A stretch of DNA of 47,095 nt from an uncultured Clostridia bacterium (GCA_944388665.1 CALXJQ010000003.1:1-47095), one strand, 5' to 3'; positions 11,221 to 22,567 are shown, counted from the first letter of the stretch. Notes: generated from the letters alone by a model not told the origin. Numbers and translations: made by a program.

Positions 11221-14200
11221 CTATGCAAATAAGTTTAGTATGTCTTCCTTAGTTAATGTGCTTATGAATGAAGCTTTAGTGTCTAGCATGCTATTTGCTA
11301 AGCTGGCCTTTTTATTTTGCAATTCATATATTTTTTCTTCTATTGAATTTTTTGTTATTAGTTTATATACTTGCACATTATTTTTTTGGCCAATTCTATA
11401 AGCACGATCAGTTGCCTGGTTTTCAGTAGATAAATTCCACCACGGATCATAATGTATTACCATGTCTGCACCTGTTAAGTTTAAGCCAGTACCTCCTGCT
11501 TTTAGAGATATTAAAAATACTTTTATGTCAGGATTTGTATTAAATTCGTCAACTAATCGAATTCTATCATCTACTTTGGTGCTACCTACTAGCTTAAAAT
11601 AGTTTATTTTTCGTTTTTTTAATTCTTTTTCTATAAACTCAAACATCGCAGTATATCCAGAAAATAATAAGATTTTATGCCCTGCTTTTGTGGCATCTTC
11701 TACTACTTCTATACACTGATCTAATTTGCTACTTCCTCCTGTATAATTTTCGATAAATAGACCTGGATGGCAACAGATTTGCCTTAGTCGTGTAAGCGCT
11801 GCAAGGATTTGGATATGGCTTTTTTCATAGCCATTGAAATCAATTTCATCTGCAATCTCTTGCTTTGCTTGTGCAAGATAGGTCAGATAGATTTTCTTTT
11901 GCTCTTCACCCATTTCATTATTTAACACTGTAACTGTTTTTTCTGGTAGTTCTGTTAAAACTTCCTTTTTAGTCCTTCGCAAGATGAATGGTTCAATTAA
12001 CATCTTTAATTTTTTCATAGCATATTGATCGTTTTCTTTTATAATCGGCATTTCATACATTGTTTTGAATTTTTTGTAAGTAAACAAGTACCCAGGCATA
12101 ATATAGTCGAAAATTGACCATAACTCAGATAATGAGTTTTCTATTGGTGTTCCAGTTAGTGCATATCGAGTATCTGCTTTTATTTTTTTCATGGCTTTAG
12201 CATTTTGCGTAGTACTATTTTTTAAGTACTGCGCTTCATCTGCTATTACAAATCTAAATTGATAATCCTTGTATAAGCCTATATCTCTTTTTAATAAGTC
12301 ATAAGAAGTGATAACTAAATCATAATCATCCATATTTTGAATTAATTGCTCTCTTTCTTGTAAGTTTCCTTTAATTACTAGTGTTTTCAGATTATCTGTA
12401 AATTTTTTAGCTTCACTTTGCCAATTAAGTGTTAAAGAACTTGGTGAAACAACTAGGCTTGCTCTTTTTTTTGGCTTATCGCTATCTTCATTAATTACAT
12501 AATCAACTACTACTGATAGCATTTGCAGTGTTTTTCCTAGTCCCATATCATCTGCAAGTATTCCGCCAAATTTATAGTAGTCCAAATTTTTTAACCACCT
12601 AAAGCCCACTTTTTGATAATATCTTAAAACTTTATTCAAGTTTCCAGGAATTTGTAATTCTTCTTCTGCTTGCTCTTTGTCCAATTTATTTATCATATTT
12701 CTATATTCGTTGTTTTTTATAACTTCTGTGCCTTTTATGCCTTTTAACAGCTGATCTAAATACAAGCTTCTTTGCACAGGTAATGTTAATTCACCATTTT
12801 CTATGTCTTCATATTTAACATCCATACCATTCACAAGTTTATCTAAAAAGTCTATTTCTTTGTTGTCCTCAAGTTTTATAAAGCTTCCGTCATTCAAGCG
12901 ATAGTATTTCTTTTTTAACCTATATTTTTGCATTATATCTTCAATTTCAGTAGCATCTAAGTCCAAGTCTTTCAAATCAATAGATAATAAATTATTTTCG
13001 ATTTTGATGCCCAGAGTACCTATTTTAGGCTCTCGTATTTGTTTAGTTTTAAATTTTTCTGTGACTAAGACTTCAAATTTTTGCATATATACTGCAATAT
13101 CTTCAGATAAAAATTCGTAAATTTTATCATTATTAGTCAATATAAACCTTAAATTTTTTGTATCAAACATAAAGCCAGTTTTTCTAAACAAATTTAATGC
13201 TTTGGTTTCTTGAATCATATTTCTAGGAATTTTTACTTCATGTTTTTCATCTAAAGGATTGAATTCATTTTCTCCATAGCAAAACTTTACGTCTGCAACC
13301 AAATAATCATTTTCCTCAAAGTCTAAATAAACTTTTACAACTAATTCTTTTGGCTTATATTTTTCTATTTCTTCTTCAGACAAGTCTTGAATTTCTATTG
13401 ATTTTTTTAATTTAGGTACTATTATTGAAAATAACTTAGAGAGATCCTCCTTACCTAGCATTACTTCTGTTAAATAATTTTGCCTAAATAATTCTAATAG
13501 CTTTAATGTCGATGTTTCAAACTCCTTTGTGCATTTATAAAATTTATTTTTGTCTAATAAATATGTGTAATTTTTTCCCCTAATTATTGCAATATCAAAA
13601 ATATTAATGTTAGGTATTATAGTATATTGATTATCTGATATTTTTTGTAATTTGAATTTTATTGGTGGTTGTTCTCCAGTGAATTCTATTTCACTATTTT
13701 GGAAGTCCTTTTGGAACTTTACTTTTTTTCCTTTTAAGATTTCAAATAAATCATCTATTCCACTGTTTCCCAAAATAATGCTTGTTTCACTTAGTGCTTT
13801 GCCATAATACCTATAATTAGTATTAGAATTCGAATTAGCATATTTTATAATTTCTGCATATTTCATTAAGAAATCTAATAAAGGCTGGCTTTTTTCTTCA
13901 AACATTTCTTTTGTATGCATAAATTGTAATTTTTCACCATACCTATAATATTCCTTTTTCATCATTCTTGTATAGAATTCTGCTAAGTCTTTTATTTTGT
14001 ACATTTTTTTAGTTCCAACTTTAAATTCCACTTTCATGCCTTCTGTAAATTTGTCATAAATTACAACAGGCTCAAGTTTTATTGTTCCTCTTCCTTTTAG
14101 AAGTATATTACCATCAGCTTGATCTTCAATTTCTTCTATTTCTTCATTATAAAATGTGTTCACGATTTGGTTAAAACTTCTATATTTATTCGTTTTATTT

Positions 14201-14274
14201 TTTTCCTCTTCAGTATTCATTATTGAATTATCTATAATATTTTTATTTATTTCCATATCTTCCTCACTTGGCAT
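11221..14274 (-). CDS. SNF2-family (SWI2/SNF2) helicase
   Basis: LADDMGLGKT, DEAQ, LTGTPIEN, SLKAGGTGLNL, QATDRAYRIGQ. Confidence 0.95.
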   Translation of the reverse strand: MPSEEDMEINKNIIDNSIMNTEEEKNKTNKYRSFNQIVNTFYNEEIEEIEDQADGNILLKGRGTIKLEPVVIYDKFTEGMKVEFKVGTKKMYKIKDLAEFYTRMMKKEYYRYGEKLQFMHTKEMFEEKSQPLLDFLMKYAEIIKYANSNSNTNYRYYGKALSETSIILGNSGIDDLFEILKGKKVKFQKDFQNSEIEFTGEQPPIKFKLQKISDNQYTIIPNINIFDIAIIRGKNYTYLLDKNKFYKCTKEFETSTLKLLELFRQNYLTEVMLGKEDLSKLFSIIVPKLKKSIEIQDLSEEEIEKYKPKELVVKVYLDFEENDYLVADVKFCYGENEFNPLDEKHEVKIPRNMIQETKALNLFRKTGFMFDTKNLRFILTNNDKIYEFLSEDIAVYMQKFEVLVTEKFKTKQIREPKIGTLGIKIENNLLSIDLKDLDLDATEIEDIMQKYRLKKKYYRLNDGSFIKLEDNKEIDFLDKLVNGMDVKYEDIENGELTLPVQRSLYLDQLLKGIKGTEVIKNNEYRNMINKLDKEQAEEELQIPGNLNKVLRYYQKVGFRWLKNLDYYKFGGILADDMGLGKTLQMLSVVVDYVINEDSDKPKKRASLVVSPSSLTLNWQSEAKKFTDNLKTLVIKGNLQEREQLIQNMDDYDLVITSYDLLKRDIGLYKDYQFRFVIADEAQYLKNSTTQNAKAMKKIKADTRYALTGTPIENSLSELWSIFDYIMPGYLFTYKKFKTMYEMPIIKENDQYAMKKLKMLIEPFILRRTKKEVLTELPEKTVTVLNNEMGEEQKKIYLTYLAQAKQEIADEIDFNGYEKSHIQILAALTRLRQICCHPGLFIENYTGGSSKLDQCIEVVEDATKAGHKILLFSGYTAMFEFIEKELKKRKINYFKLVGSTKVDDRIRLVDEFNTNPDIKVFLISLKAGGTGLNLTGADMVIHYDPWWNLSTENQATDRAYRIGQKNNVQVYKLITKNSIEEKIYELQNKKASLANSMLDTKASFISTLTKEDILNLFA

Positions 14275-14401
14275 AATATTATATTATAAAATATGCTTAA
14301 AATCAAGTAGAATAATACTAATTTATTCATATTTGGGTATACTTATATTAATGTTATTTATGAATCGTATATGCGATTATTATAAAGGAGTTGAAAAATA
14401 A

Positions 14402-15904
14402 ATGAATTCTGTATGGTTAGATTCTGTAAATAGATTTGATAATTTAGGTTCTTTAAATGAGGATGTTGAAGCTGATATATGTATAATTGGTGCGGGGATT
14501 TTTGGTGCTACTTGTGCTTACTATTTAAGTAAATTAGGTTACAAAACTATAGTTTTAGAAAAAGATGATATTGCAACTAAAACTACAGCTTTTACCACTG
14601 GCAAAATAACAAGTCAACACGGCCTTTTTTATTCTTATTTAATAAAAACATTTGGGCTAAGTTTTGCTAAAGATTACTTTGATTCAAATGAAGAAGCAAT
14701 CAATAATATTGTAAATATTATTGAAGATGAAAAAATTAATTGTGACCTTGAATTACAAAATAATTATGTATATACTGCATCAGCTTCTAGTATACCTGCA
14801 ATTGAAGAAGAAATTTCAGCAGTTCAGTCCTTAGGCGGTTCTTGCGAATTTACTACTACTACAAGTTTCCCATTTAAAATTAAAGGTGCTGCATGCTTTA
14901 AAAATCAGGCACAATTTAACCCTTTAAAATATGTGCACGCTTTGTGCCAAAAGTCTATAGACAGAGGTACTACTTTTTATATTAATACTGTTGCTACTAA
15001 TATTGAAAAGCATGGCGAATTATACCAGACTTTTGCAAATAATCACATCATTACTTCTAAATATGTTATTGTGGCATCACATTATCCTTTTATGAAATTG
15101 CCTGGATTTTATTTTAGTAAGATGTACCAATCTACTTCTTACATTATCGCTATTGATGCTAAAAAAACATTGCCAAACGGAATGTATATTTGTAGCGATG
15201 TGCCTCATTTTTCTTTTAGAACTGCTAAATTTAATGGAAAACGTATTTTGCTAATTGGTGGTTTTGAGCATAAAACTGGACTTCCTGTTTCTTATAAAGA
15301 TAGTTATGGCGCATTAGAAAATGAAGCTAAAAGTTTATATCCAGAGTGTGAGGTTTTATATAAGTGGAGCACTGAAGATTGTATTTCTTTGGACAAGGTT
15401 CCTTATATTGGAAGCTATTCACCAACTTTACCTAATGTTTTTGTGGGCACTGGTTTTAAAAAATGGGGGATGACTTTATCTAATGTTGCTGCAAACATTA
15501 TAGTTGATAAAATCCAAAATGTTGATAATAAGTATGCCGAAATTTATTGTTCTTCAAGATTTGATGCTTTTAAAAATTTTAAAGAGTTTAAAAATATGAT
15601 GGTTCAAAGTGCTAATTCTTTAATCTTTAATAAGTTAAAGCCTAGTGAAGAAGATTTTGAAGAAATTCCAAATGATTCTGGTGGTATTATTCAAATTAAC
15701 AAGGAAAAAGTTGGTATTTATAAAGATGTTAATGGAAAAGTTTTTGCTGTAAAACCAATTTGCACTCATCTTGGCTGTTTACTTAGTTGGAATGATGTAG
15801 ATAAAACTTGGGATTGCCCTTGCCATGGCTCAAGATATGATTTTTCTGGTAAAAATATATATAATCCAGCATTTGATGACCTTGAAACTTATGACATTAA
15901 TTAA
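14402..15904 (+). CDS. FAD-dependent oxidoreductase with C-terminal Rieske 2Fe-2S domain (YhfW-like)
   Basis: IIGAGIFG Rossmann motif; CTHLGC...CPCHGS Rieske ligands. Confidence 0.92.
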   Translation: MNSVWLDSVNRFDNLGSLNEDVEADICIIGAGIFGATCAYYLSKLGYKTIVLEKDDIATKTTAFTTGKITSQHGLFYSYLIKTFGLSFAKDYFDSNEEAINNIVNIIEDEKINCDLELQNNYVYTASASSIPAIEEEISAVQSLGGSCEFTTTTSFPFKIKGAACFKNQAQFNPLKYVHALCQKSIDRGTTFYINTVATNIEKHGELYQTFANNHIITSKYVIVASHYPFMKLPGFYFSKMYQSTSYIIAIDAKKTLPNGMYICSDVPHFSFRTAKFNGKRILLIGGFEHKTGLPVSYKDSYGALENEAKSLYPECEVLYKWSTEDCISLDKVPYIGSYSPTLPNVFVGTGFKKWGMTLSNVAANIIVDKIQNVDNKYAEIYCSSRFDAFKNFKEFKNMMVQSANSLIFNKLKPSEEDFEEIPNDSGGIIQINKEKVGIYKDVNGKVFAVKPICTHLGCLLSWNDVDKTWDCPCHGSRYDFSGKNIYNPAFDDLETYDIN

Positions 15905-15946
15905 CCCCATTTAATATAACACTTTATTATAATCTTATTTGTGTAA

Positions 15947-15983
15947 TAATGCCTCCTAAACATTTTTTGTCTAAGAGGCATTA
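15947..15983. terminator. Hairpin between convergent genes, probable terminator
   Basis: TAATGCCTC / GAGGCATTA inverted repeat abutting the Spo0E-like stop codon. Confidence 0.6.
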
Positions 15984-16154
15984 CTTGACAACTTCTCCAA
16001 CATGAGATTGTCTATTATCATTTAGTTCTTTATAATATTGTGCAATAAGCTCATCAAGTTGTATGCTTAAATTATAAACAATACTATAATCATCTCCACG
16101 TTCAATACTGTCATTTAGTTTATCTCTTAAATCACATATTTCATCATTTAACAT
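15981..16154 (-). CDS. Spo0E-like aspartyl-phosphate phosphatase (57 aa; not in the ORF track)
   Basis: Hand translation MLNDEICDLRDKLNDSIERGDDYSIVYNLSIQLDELIAQYYKELNDNRQSHVGEVVK; SxxLD motif (SQELD-like); GGGGGCGAG RBS-like sequence. Confidence 0.8.
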   Translation of the reverse strand: MLNDEICDLRDKLNDSIERGDDYSIVYNLSIQLDELIAQYYKELNDNRQSHVGEVVK

Positions 16155-16377
16155 TATAACTCGCCCCCATCTTTGTTATTTCTCCCTCGTAAATATAAAA
16201 TACCACATTATATTTCTCAAGTCAAGCATTTTCAAAGGGTTTTAGCAACTTTCGTATGTCATTTTTCTTCATTTTTCGACATCCATTTACAATACAAAAC
16301 GGCATTATTTTTTATACTTCAAATTCATACAAATTCGCTAAAAATTTTTATGCAAAAAATGAGGTCGAATTATCTAT

Positions 16378-17664
16378 TTAACTTTTTACAACTGACAAAA
16401 TTGTTTTGCTTTCATCAAAAACTTCTTTTAAAATTTGTTCCAAATATTGAACTGTTATTCCATCAATTTCCTCCAAATAATCAAAACTATTAATTCCTTT
16501 AAAGTAATCTGCTAAAAACATTCTTGCTATATTAGAAACATCATTATATTCCCTAACATATCCGCCATAAATCATTTTTTTCATTCTTTCGAAGTCATCT
16601 GCATTTATTCCTTCTTTTTTAAATTTATTTACTTCATCTTCAAATTTTTGAAAGACAGCATCTGGGTCTGATGATTGCCCCGCTACAAGCACGTGGGCAT
16701 ATATTTTTGTAAATTCATAGTCTATGCTTGGTTGTCCAAATATTAGTTCATTATCATACAATTCTTTATACAACCTTGAACTTCTTCCAATTAACAAATT
16801 TAATAAAATTTCTATAGCTATATGCCTTTTTACAATTTCATTTTTATTTACTAAAGCACTTGCAAACTCGGTATCTTTTATTGCAATAGTATATAATGGC
16901 TGGCTAACTTCTAGCTTTTGTTCTACTCTTTTTTGCACTATCGTTTTTGGCTCATCTGGATATATTCTTTTTATCTCTCCCATAGCTTTTTTATCTATTA
17001 ATCTTTTTTTAACTTCATTCAAAATATCATTAGGCTCAAAATCACCGCATAATACTAATACCATATTTGATGGATTATAGAACGTATTATAGCATTTATA
17101 TAAAATTTCTTTATTTATATGACTTATGCTTTCAATTGTACCCACAATATCTATTTTTACTGGACTATTGTGATACATTGCATTCATTGCATTTAAATAA
17201 ACTCGCCAATCTGGATAATCATCATACATCATTATTTCTTGACCAATTATTCCCTTTTCTTTTTCCACATTTTCGTCCGTAAAATATGGGTGCTGAACAT
17301 AGTCCATCAATTCATCCATTGCAGGATAAAAATTGTCTGTGCATTCAAATAGATAAGCAGTATGATCATTTGTCGTATATGCATTTGCATCTACCCCCAA
17401 TGCCGTTAAGACATCCAAACTGTTTGTTCCATTTTCTTGTTCAAATAATTTATGTTCCAAAAAATGAGCCACTCCATTTGGCACTTTTGTCTCTTTATCA
17501 TCTCCCGGAGCTATAAATACGCTCTCATTAGAGCCATAATTTGTTCCCCAAATCATATACTTTTTCTCTACTCCAGGCTTTGGAATTATTAGCACAGTCA
17601 ATCCATTTTCCAATTTCTCCATATATACTTTTTCTTTAACTTTTAAATTTTCTATAACTTGCAT
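16378..17664 (-). CDS. ymfH: M16-family zinc peptidase, YmfH-like
   Basis: Inverted zinc motif HFLEH, ANAYT, EKEKGIIGQEI. Confidence 0.88.
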   Translation of the reverse strand: MQVIENLKVKEKVYMEKLENGLTVLIIPKPGVEKKYMIWGTNYGSNESVFIAPGDDKETKVPNGVAHFLEHKLFEQENGTNSLDVLTALGVDANAYTTNDHTAYLFECTDNFYPAMDELMDYVQHPYFTDENVEKEKGIIGQEIMMYDDYPDWRVYLNAMNAMYHNSPVKIDIVGTIESISHINKEILYKCYNTFYNPSNMVLVLCGDFEPNDILNEVKKRLIDKKAMGEIKRIYPDEPKTIVQKRVEQKLEVSQPLYTIAIKDTEFASALVNKNEIVKRHIAIEILLNLLIGRSSRLYKELYDNELIFGQPSIDYEFTKIYAHVLVAGQSSDPDAVFQKFEDEVNKFKKEGINADDFERMKKMIYGGYVREYNDVSNIARMFLADYFKGINSFDYLEEIDGITVQYLEQILKEVFDESKTILSVVKS

Positions 17665-17716
17665 ATTTTTTTCCTTTCTTTATTTAATTTTAGGCATTTA
17701 GGGTTTGCCTATAAAC

Positions 17717-18988
17717 CTAATCTTTTAAGAAATATACCGTATTTATAGCAATTCTATTTGCAATATCCATAATGTCTTGCTTATTTACACTTTGAACCTT
17801 TTTCATATAATCCTCTAAAGATACTTCCTCTGCTGCCAACTCTTGTCCAAAATAGTAAGTAAGTTCCGTATCTTGCTCATCATCAATTGCTTTTATTGAT
17901 GCAATTATACCTGTTTTGGCATCTTCTATATCTTTTTCTGTAAAGTTTCCATCTTTCATATCATCTATTTGCTTTCTTATCAATTCTAATGCTTTTCCAT
18001 AATTTTTTATTTCTATTCCACAATTTACAAAAATATTGCTTTTATATCTCAAATATCTTGAGCCAGCCACATACGCCAAATGTGCTTTTTCTCTGACATT
18101 TTGGAACATTTTAGAATTTGCACTTCCACCTAAAATGCTATTATATAGCAAAGCTGCATAGCGCTTCTCTGGCTTATCCATATTTATATCTAGCCCTATA
18201 ACTAGTTTACCTTGTGTTACTTCCATTGATTCTTGCACAACATTTTCTTTTTCTGGCAAATTTTTATTTAAAGGATTAGGAATGTTATAATTTGCATTTC
18301 TTTCAACCAATTTTTCAATATTATTATTCTTTTTTATTACATCTGATAGTGTAGTTTGAATGTCACCTGAAACGAATATATCTATTTTGCAAGTACTAAT
18401 AAGTTCTTTATAATATTCGTACAAGTTTTTTTCGTCTAACTGTTTTAAATCTTCTACATATCCCAATCTGAACAATCCAAATGGTTCATCTTTATACATC
18501 TCTTCTATGCAACGCTCCAAGCTATAAGTTGCTTTATTGTCAATTTTTGCCTCAATGCGTTGTTTAATATTATTTTTTTCTTGCTCTACATATTCCTTTT
18601 TAAATGCATTGTTTTCAGTATATGGATTAAAAACAATGTCAAATAAACTTTCCAAAGCAATTTTCAAAATTTCCGTATTTTCATTGTTTACAAAGTTATC
18701 ATTTATTGTTTCTATATAAAATTTTATAACTTGATTGTCTCCAGTTTTATCAATTCCACAATCAAAACTTGCTCCATACAATTCTTCCATTTTTTTGCTA
18801 ATCTCTTCTTGAGAAGGCATCGTTTTACTTCCTCTTCTTAGCAATGCTGAAATAACAGCATTTTTAGTTACATCTTCCCTAGTAAGTTTTGTAGTTAAAA
18901 ATACAGCCATCAAATTTGTTTTAAATTTATTCGTACTAATTGTATGAAGTTTTATTCCTTTTTTTAATTCAGTTTCATTATATTGCAT
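17717..18988 (-). CDS. ymfF: M16-family inactive peptidase subunit, YmfF-like
   Basis: KFKTN, LGGSANSKMFQNVREK; lacks HXXEH; paired with ymfH. Confidence 0.85.
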   Translation of the reverse strand: MQYNETELKKGIKLHTISTNKFKTNLMAVFLTTKLTREDVTKNAVISALLRRGSKTMPSQEEISKKMEELYGASFDCGIDKTGDNQVIKFYIETINDNFVNNENTEILKIALESLFDIVFNPYTENNAFKKEYVEQEKNNIKQRIEAKIDNKATYSLERCIEEMYKDEPFGLFRLGYVEDLKQLDEKNLYEYYKELISTCKIDIFVSGDIQTTLSDVIKKNNNIEKLVERNANYNIPNPLNKNLPEKENVVQESMEVTQGKLVIGLDINMDKPEKRYAALLYNSILGGSANSKMFQNVREKAHLAYVAGSRYLRYKSNIFVNCGIEIKNYGKALELIRKQIDDMKDGNFTEKDIEDAKTGIIASIKAIDDEQDTELTYYFGQELAAEEVSLEDYMKKVQSVNKQDIMDIANRIAINTVYFLKD

Positions 18989-19150
18989 AAGTATATTCCT
19001 CCTTCTTCATTATTATACTTATTTTTCTAGTTATTATTCATTTTATCCTTACTGTAGCATATTTTCAAGACATTTTTTCTATTTTAAAAAATAAAAAGAG
19101 AACCTTAGGTTATACAAAAACTATACCTCAACAGTTCCCTTGCATCATAA

Positions 19151-19321
19151 TTAATATTTTCTTTTTCTTGCTGCCTCTGACTTCTTTTTCCTTCTTACAC
19201 TAGGTTTTTCATAATGCTCTCTTTTGCGTACTTCTTGAAGTACCCCATTCCTAGCGCATTGCCTTTTAAATCTTTTCAAAGCATCTTCTATATTTCCATT
19301 ATTAACTTTTATTTCTGACAT
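19151..19321 (-). CDS. rpsU: 30S ribosomal protein S21 (56 aa; not in the ORF track)
   Basis: Hand translation [56 protein letters not shown]; GGAGGG RBS. Confidence 0.97.
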   Translation of the reverse strand: MSEIKVNNGNIEDALKRFKRQCARNGVLQEVRKREHYEKPSVRRKKKSEAARKRKY

Positions 19322-19389
19322 TTATACTTTCCCCTCCTTCCGGTCCATACGAAATCTGTATGTGGGATAACCCTTTTAACGATATTTTC

Positions 19390-19418
19390 ATTATACATTA
19401 AAGGTTATAACTTGTCAA
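19390..19418 (-). promoter_or_regulatory. Consensus sigma-A promoter of rpsU
   Basis: TTGACA-17 bp-TATAAT on the minus strand. Confidence 0.85.
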
Positions 19419-19440
19419 TAGCTAAAACTTATAATTTTTT

Positions 19441-19500
19441 GAACTTTGGGGACGTTCCTTAAAGTTCAAGGTGTTTTTTTCCTCCGTCCCCAAAAACATC
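19441..19500. repeat. REP-like composite, class A (19441-19467) + class B (19470-19500)
   Basis: GAACTTTGGGGACGTTCCTTAAAGTTC-aa-GGTGTTTTTTTCCTCCGTCCCCAAAAACATC. Confidence 0.95.
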
Positions 19501-19515
19501 TCTCGTGGCAATTTT

Positions 19516-20037
19516 TTATAGTTCGTACATAACTACCTTATGTTCTTTTAATGATTTTTGAACGTCAATTATCCTTTGATTGCTTGAGCCTCTAAATCTA
19601 AGTTTTATGTCTTTTTTGTCCTCTTCAAATTTTCCATCGACCATCACATCTATGTATGACAATAGCTCTGGCGTTTCTTTCCATTCGTTGTACATTTTCC
19701 CCATTACATCCTTGTCAAATTCATAACCTGTATAGCACCATATATTTTTGTCTGGAAATTTTTCTTTTACTTTTTTTACTAATGGCAATATGCCTTGTTG
19801 ATTTACATGCTCTAGTGGTTCACCACCAAGTAATGTTAATCCTGCAACATAAGGGTGGTCTAGTTCGTTCATAATCCTTTCTTCTTCTTTTTCTGTAAAT
19901 TTATTTCCATAGTTAAAGTCCCACGCTTCGCTATTAAAGCAATCTTTGCAATGGTGATGGCATCCACTTACAAATAATGAAACTCTAACTCCTAGTCCAT
20001 TTGCTACATCTGCTTTTTTTATGTCTGCATAGTTCAT
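19516..20037 (-). CDS. nrdG: Anaerobic ribonucleotide reductase activating enzyme
   Basis: NGLGVRVSLFVSGCHHHCKDCFN radical-SAM CxxxCxxC motif; GGEPL; FRGSSNQR. Confidence 0.95.
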   Translation of the reverse strand: MNYADIKKADVANGLGVRVSLFVSGCHHHCKDCFNSEAWDFNYGNKFTEKEEERIMNELDHPYVAGLTLLGGEPLEHVNQQGILPLVKKVKEKFPDKNIWCYTGYEFDKDVMGKMYNEWKETPELLSYIDVMVDGKFEEDKKDIKLRFRGSSNQRIIDVQKSLKEHKVVMYEL

Positions 20038-20116
20038 TTGTATCACATTCCTTATTTATTATATAATATTTAGGTTTTTTTATATGGGATTTACCTATAA
20101 ACCTTTTATTTTTGCT

Positions 20117-20392
20117 CTATTTTAAAAATAAGAAGTTTTTCATAAATTCATGTGTAAATGGGACAAACCACAATATAGCACCTATAGCCAACATACAAAT
20201 AATTGTAAGAATTACAGCAATTATATCTTTTTTGTCTATTTTTTTCTTTTTGTCTAGCCTTGGCCTATCTGCTATAAGCCTTTTTGTTAATTCGATTATA
20301 CTACCTAAAGTTCCTACTTTAGTTTTTTTAGTTTTTTTAGTTTTTGTGGTTTTATTTTCTTTTTCCTGATTATAATTATTATAATTTTCCAT
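20117..20392 (-). CDS. Small hypothetical membrane protein
   Basis: Basic N-terminus with one C-terminal hydrophobic helix; GGAG RBS. Confidence 0.7.
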   Translation of the reverse strand: MENYNNYNQEKENKTTKTKKTKKTKVGTLGSIIELTKRLIADRPRLDKKKKIDKKDIIAVILTIICMLAIGAILWFVPFTHEFMKNFLFLK

Positions 20393-20515
20393 TATTTTTC
20401 TCCATTTACTTTACATTTTTTCTTTTTAGTAACAAGGCTATTCTATATCAAAAGTAGAAAAATTTCAATAGATTTTTATATTATTCATAATTACTATTTA
20501 CAGCTTATAAATAAT

Positions 20516-20550
20516 AAAAATCCCGAGAGAAATTATTTTCCCCCGGATTT
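20516..20550 (-). terminator. Intrinsic terminator after ftsH
   Basis: Minus-strand AAATCCGGGGGAAA / TTTCTCTCGGGATTT hairpin followed by Us. Confidence 0.7.
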
Positions 20551-20561
20551 ATTGAATAAAT

Positions 20562-22373
20562 TTAATTCTCATTGAAAATTGCTTCAAATTCATCTGCCTC
20601 AATTTTTTCTTTCTCCAAAAGAACTCCTGCAACAGCATGTAGTTTATCTATATGCTCTGATAATATCTGCTTTGCTCTATTGTATCCTTTGTCTACAATT
20701 GCTTTTGTTTCTTCATCAATTATAGCTGCAGTTTCTTCTGAATATTCCTGAGCCTGTGCAAAGTCTCTACCTAAAAATACTTCTTCTTGATTCGTTCCAA
20801 GTGTTATTGTTCCAATTCTATCACTCATTCCATATTTTGTAACCATGCTTCTAGCAATTTTAGTTGCTCTCTCTATGTCATTACTTGCGCCTGTAGAAAC
20901 ATCGTGTAATACTAAACTTTCAGCAACTCTACCGCCAAGAAGTGAAACTATATTTTCTTCCATTTCAGTTTTTGACATAAATGACTTATCTTCAGTTGGC
21001 CTATACATTGTATATCCTCCTGCCATGCCTCTAGGCACTATAGATATTTGATGTACCGGATCTTGTGTTGTTAAGAAATGACTTACTACTGCGTGACCAG
21101 CTTCGTGATATGCAACAAGCTTGTTTTCTTTTTCACTTCTTACTTTTGTCTTCTTTTCTGGTCCCATAGTTACTTTTACCATAGCTTCTTCGATTTCTTG
21201 CATTGTAATTTCCCTTGTATTTTTCCTTGCAGCTAAAAGAGCAGCTTCATTTAATACATTTTCCAAATCAGCTCCAGAAAATCCTGACGTATTTTTAGCT
21301 ATTACTTTCAAATCAACATCATCTGCTAATATTTTCTTTTTAGCATGTACTTCTAGTATTTGCTCTCTTGCCTTTACATCTGGCATTCCTATTACAATTT
21401 GTCTATCAAACCTACCAGCTCTTAATAATGCTTTGTCTAAAACATCAGGCCTATTTGTTGCAGCAAGCACAATAACCCCTTCATTTTCAGCAAATCCATC
21501 CATTTCAACTAGCAATTGGTTCAAAGTTTGCTCTCTTTCATCATGGCCTCCACCTAAGCCTGCGCCTCTTTGACGTCCTACTGCATCAATTTCATCTATA
21601 AATATAATACATGGTGCATTCTTTTTAGCTTGGTCAAACAAATCTCTAACACGTGAAGCACCCACACCAACGAACATTTCTACAAAGTCAGATCCACTTA
21701 TTATAAAAAATGGTACTCCCGCTTCTCCAGCAACAGCTTTTGCCAATAAAGTTTTACCTGTACCTGGTTGACCAACTAGCAAAACGCCCTTTGGAATTCT
21801 TGCTCCCATATCTGTATATTTCTTTGGATTTTTCAAGAAATCTACAATTTCTTCTAATTCTTCTTTTTCTTCATCAACGCCAGCGACATCATCAAATGTT
21901 ATCTTATTTTTCTCAGCAGGTGTCATCATTCTTGCCTTGCTTTTACCAAAAGACATTGTCTTGTTACCAGCATTTCCACCGCTAGCGCCACCCATCATTA
22001 AGAACCAGAAAATAAAGAATATTAACAATAGTCCAAATGGTGTAAGAAGTGTAAGCACTGTTACAAATATTGACTGTGATCTTTCTTCAAGTGTAAATGC
22101 GCCATCTTTTATAAATTCTTCGCAATAACTCATAAAGCTTCCCATATCTGGTATATTTACCTCTTTTGTTATTCTATCATCTTTTAATTGTACTTCTGCT
22201 GATGTGCCATCTGCATTAATCTCTACAGACTCAACCTTGCCCTCATTTATATTAGTAATTAATTCTGAATATTTTAATTTTGAGTCGCTATTTTCTACAA
22301 TTGATGACAATACTACTAAAAATATTACAGCTATTATTAGCCACATCGCTAAAGTTTTAATTCCATTTTTCAA
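20562..22373 (-). CDS. ftsH: ATP-dependent zinc metalloprotease FtsH
   Basis: 2 transmembrane helices, [28 protein letters not shown]. Confidence 0.98.
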   Translation of the reverse strand: MKNGIKTLAMWLIIAVIFLVVLSSIVENSDSKLKYSELITNINEGKVESVEINADGTSAEVQLKDDRITKEVNIPDMGSFMSYCEEFIKDGAFTLEERSQSIFVTVLTLLTPFGLLLIFFIFWFLMMGGASGGNAGNKTMSFGKSKARMMTPAEKNKITFDDVAGVDEEKEELEEIVDFLKNPKKYTDMGARIPKGVLLVGQPGTGKTLLAKAVAGEAGVPFFIISGSDFVEMFVGVGASRVRDLFDQAKKNAPCIIFIDEIDAVGRQRGAGLGGGHDEREQTLNQLLVEMDGFAENEGVIVLAATNRPDVLDKALLRAGRFDRQIVIGMPDVKAREQILEVHAKKKILADDVDLKVIAKNTSGFSGADLENVLNEAALLAARKNTREITMQEIEEAMVKVTMGPEKKTKVRSEKENKLVAYHEAGHAVVSHFLTTQDPVHQISIVPRGMAGGYTMYRPTEDKSFMSKTEMEENIVSLLGGRVAESLVLHDVSTGASNDIERATKIARSMVTKYGMSDRIGTITLGTNQEEVFLGRDFAQAQEYSEETAAIIDEETKAIVDKGYNRAKQILSEHIDKLHAVAGVLLEKEKIEADEFEAIFNEN

Positions 22374-22567
22374 GATAATTCCTCCTCCAAGTTTTGTTAT
22401 TACATAGATTTCTATTTCTCGCCTATATCTTTTTGATATTCGCCGACTTTCAAAATTCTATATCAAATTCATATAGATTTTATAACACATTCATTTTTCT
22501 TTTTCAATACCTTTTTATATTAATTTTTCTTTACAAATAAGGCACTTGCAAGAAATTTATTACGGAT

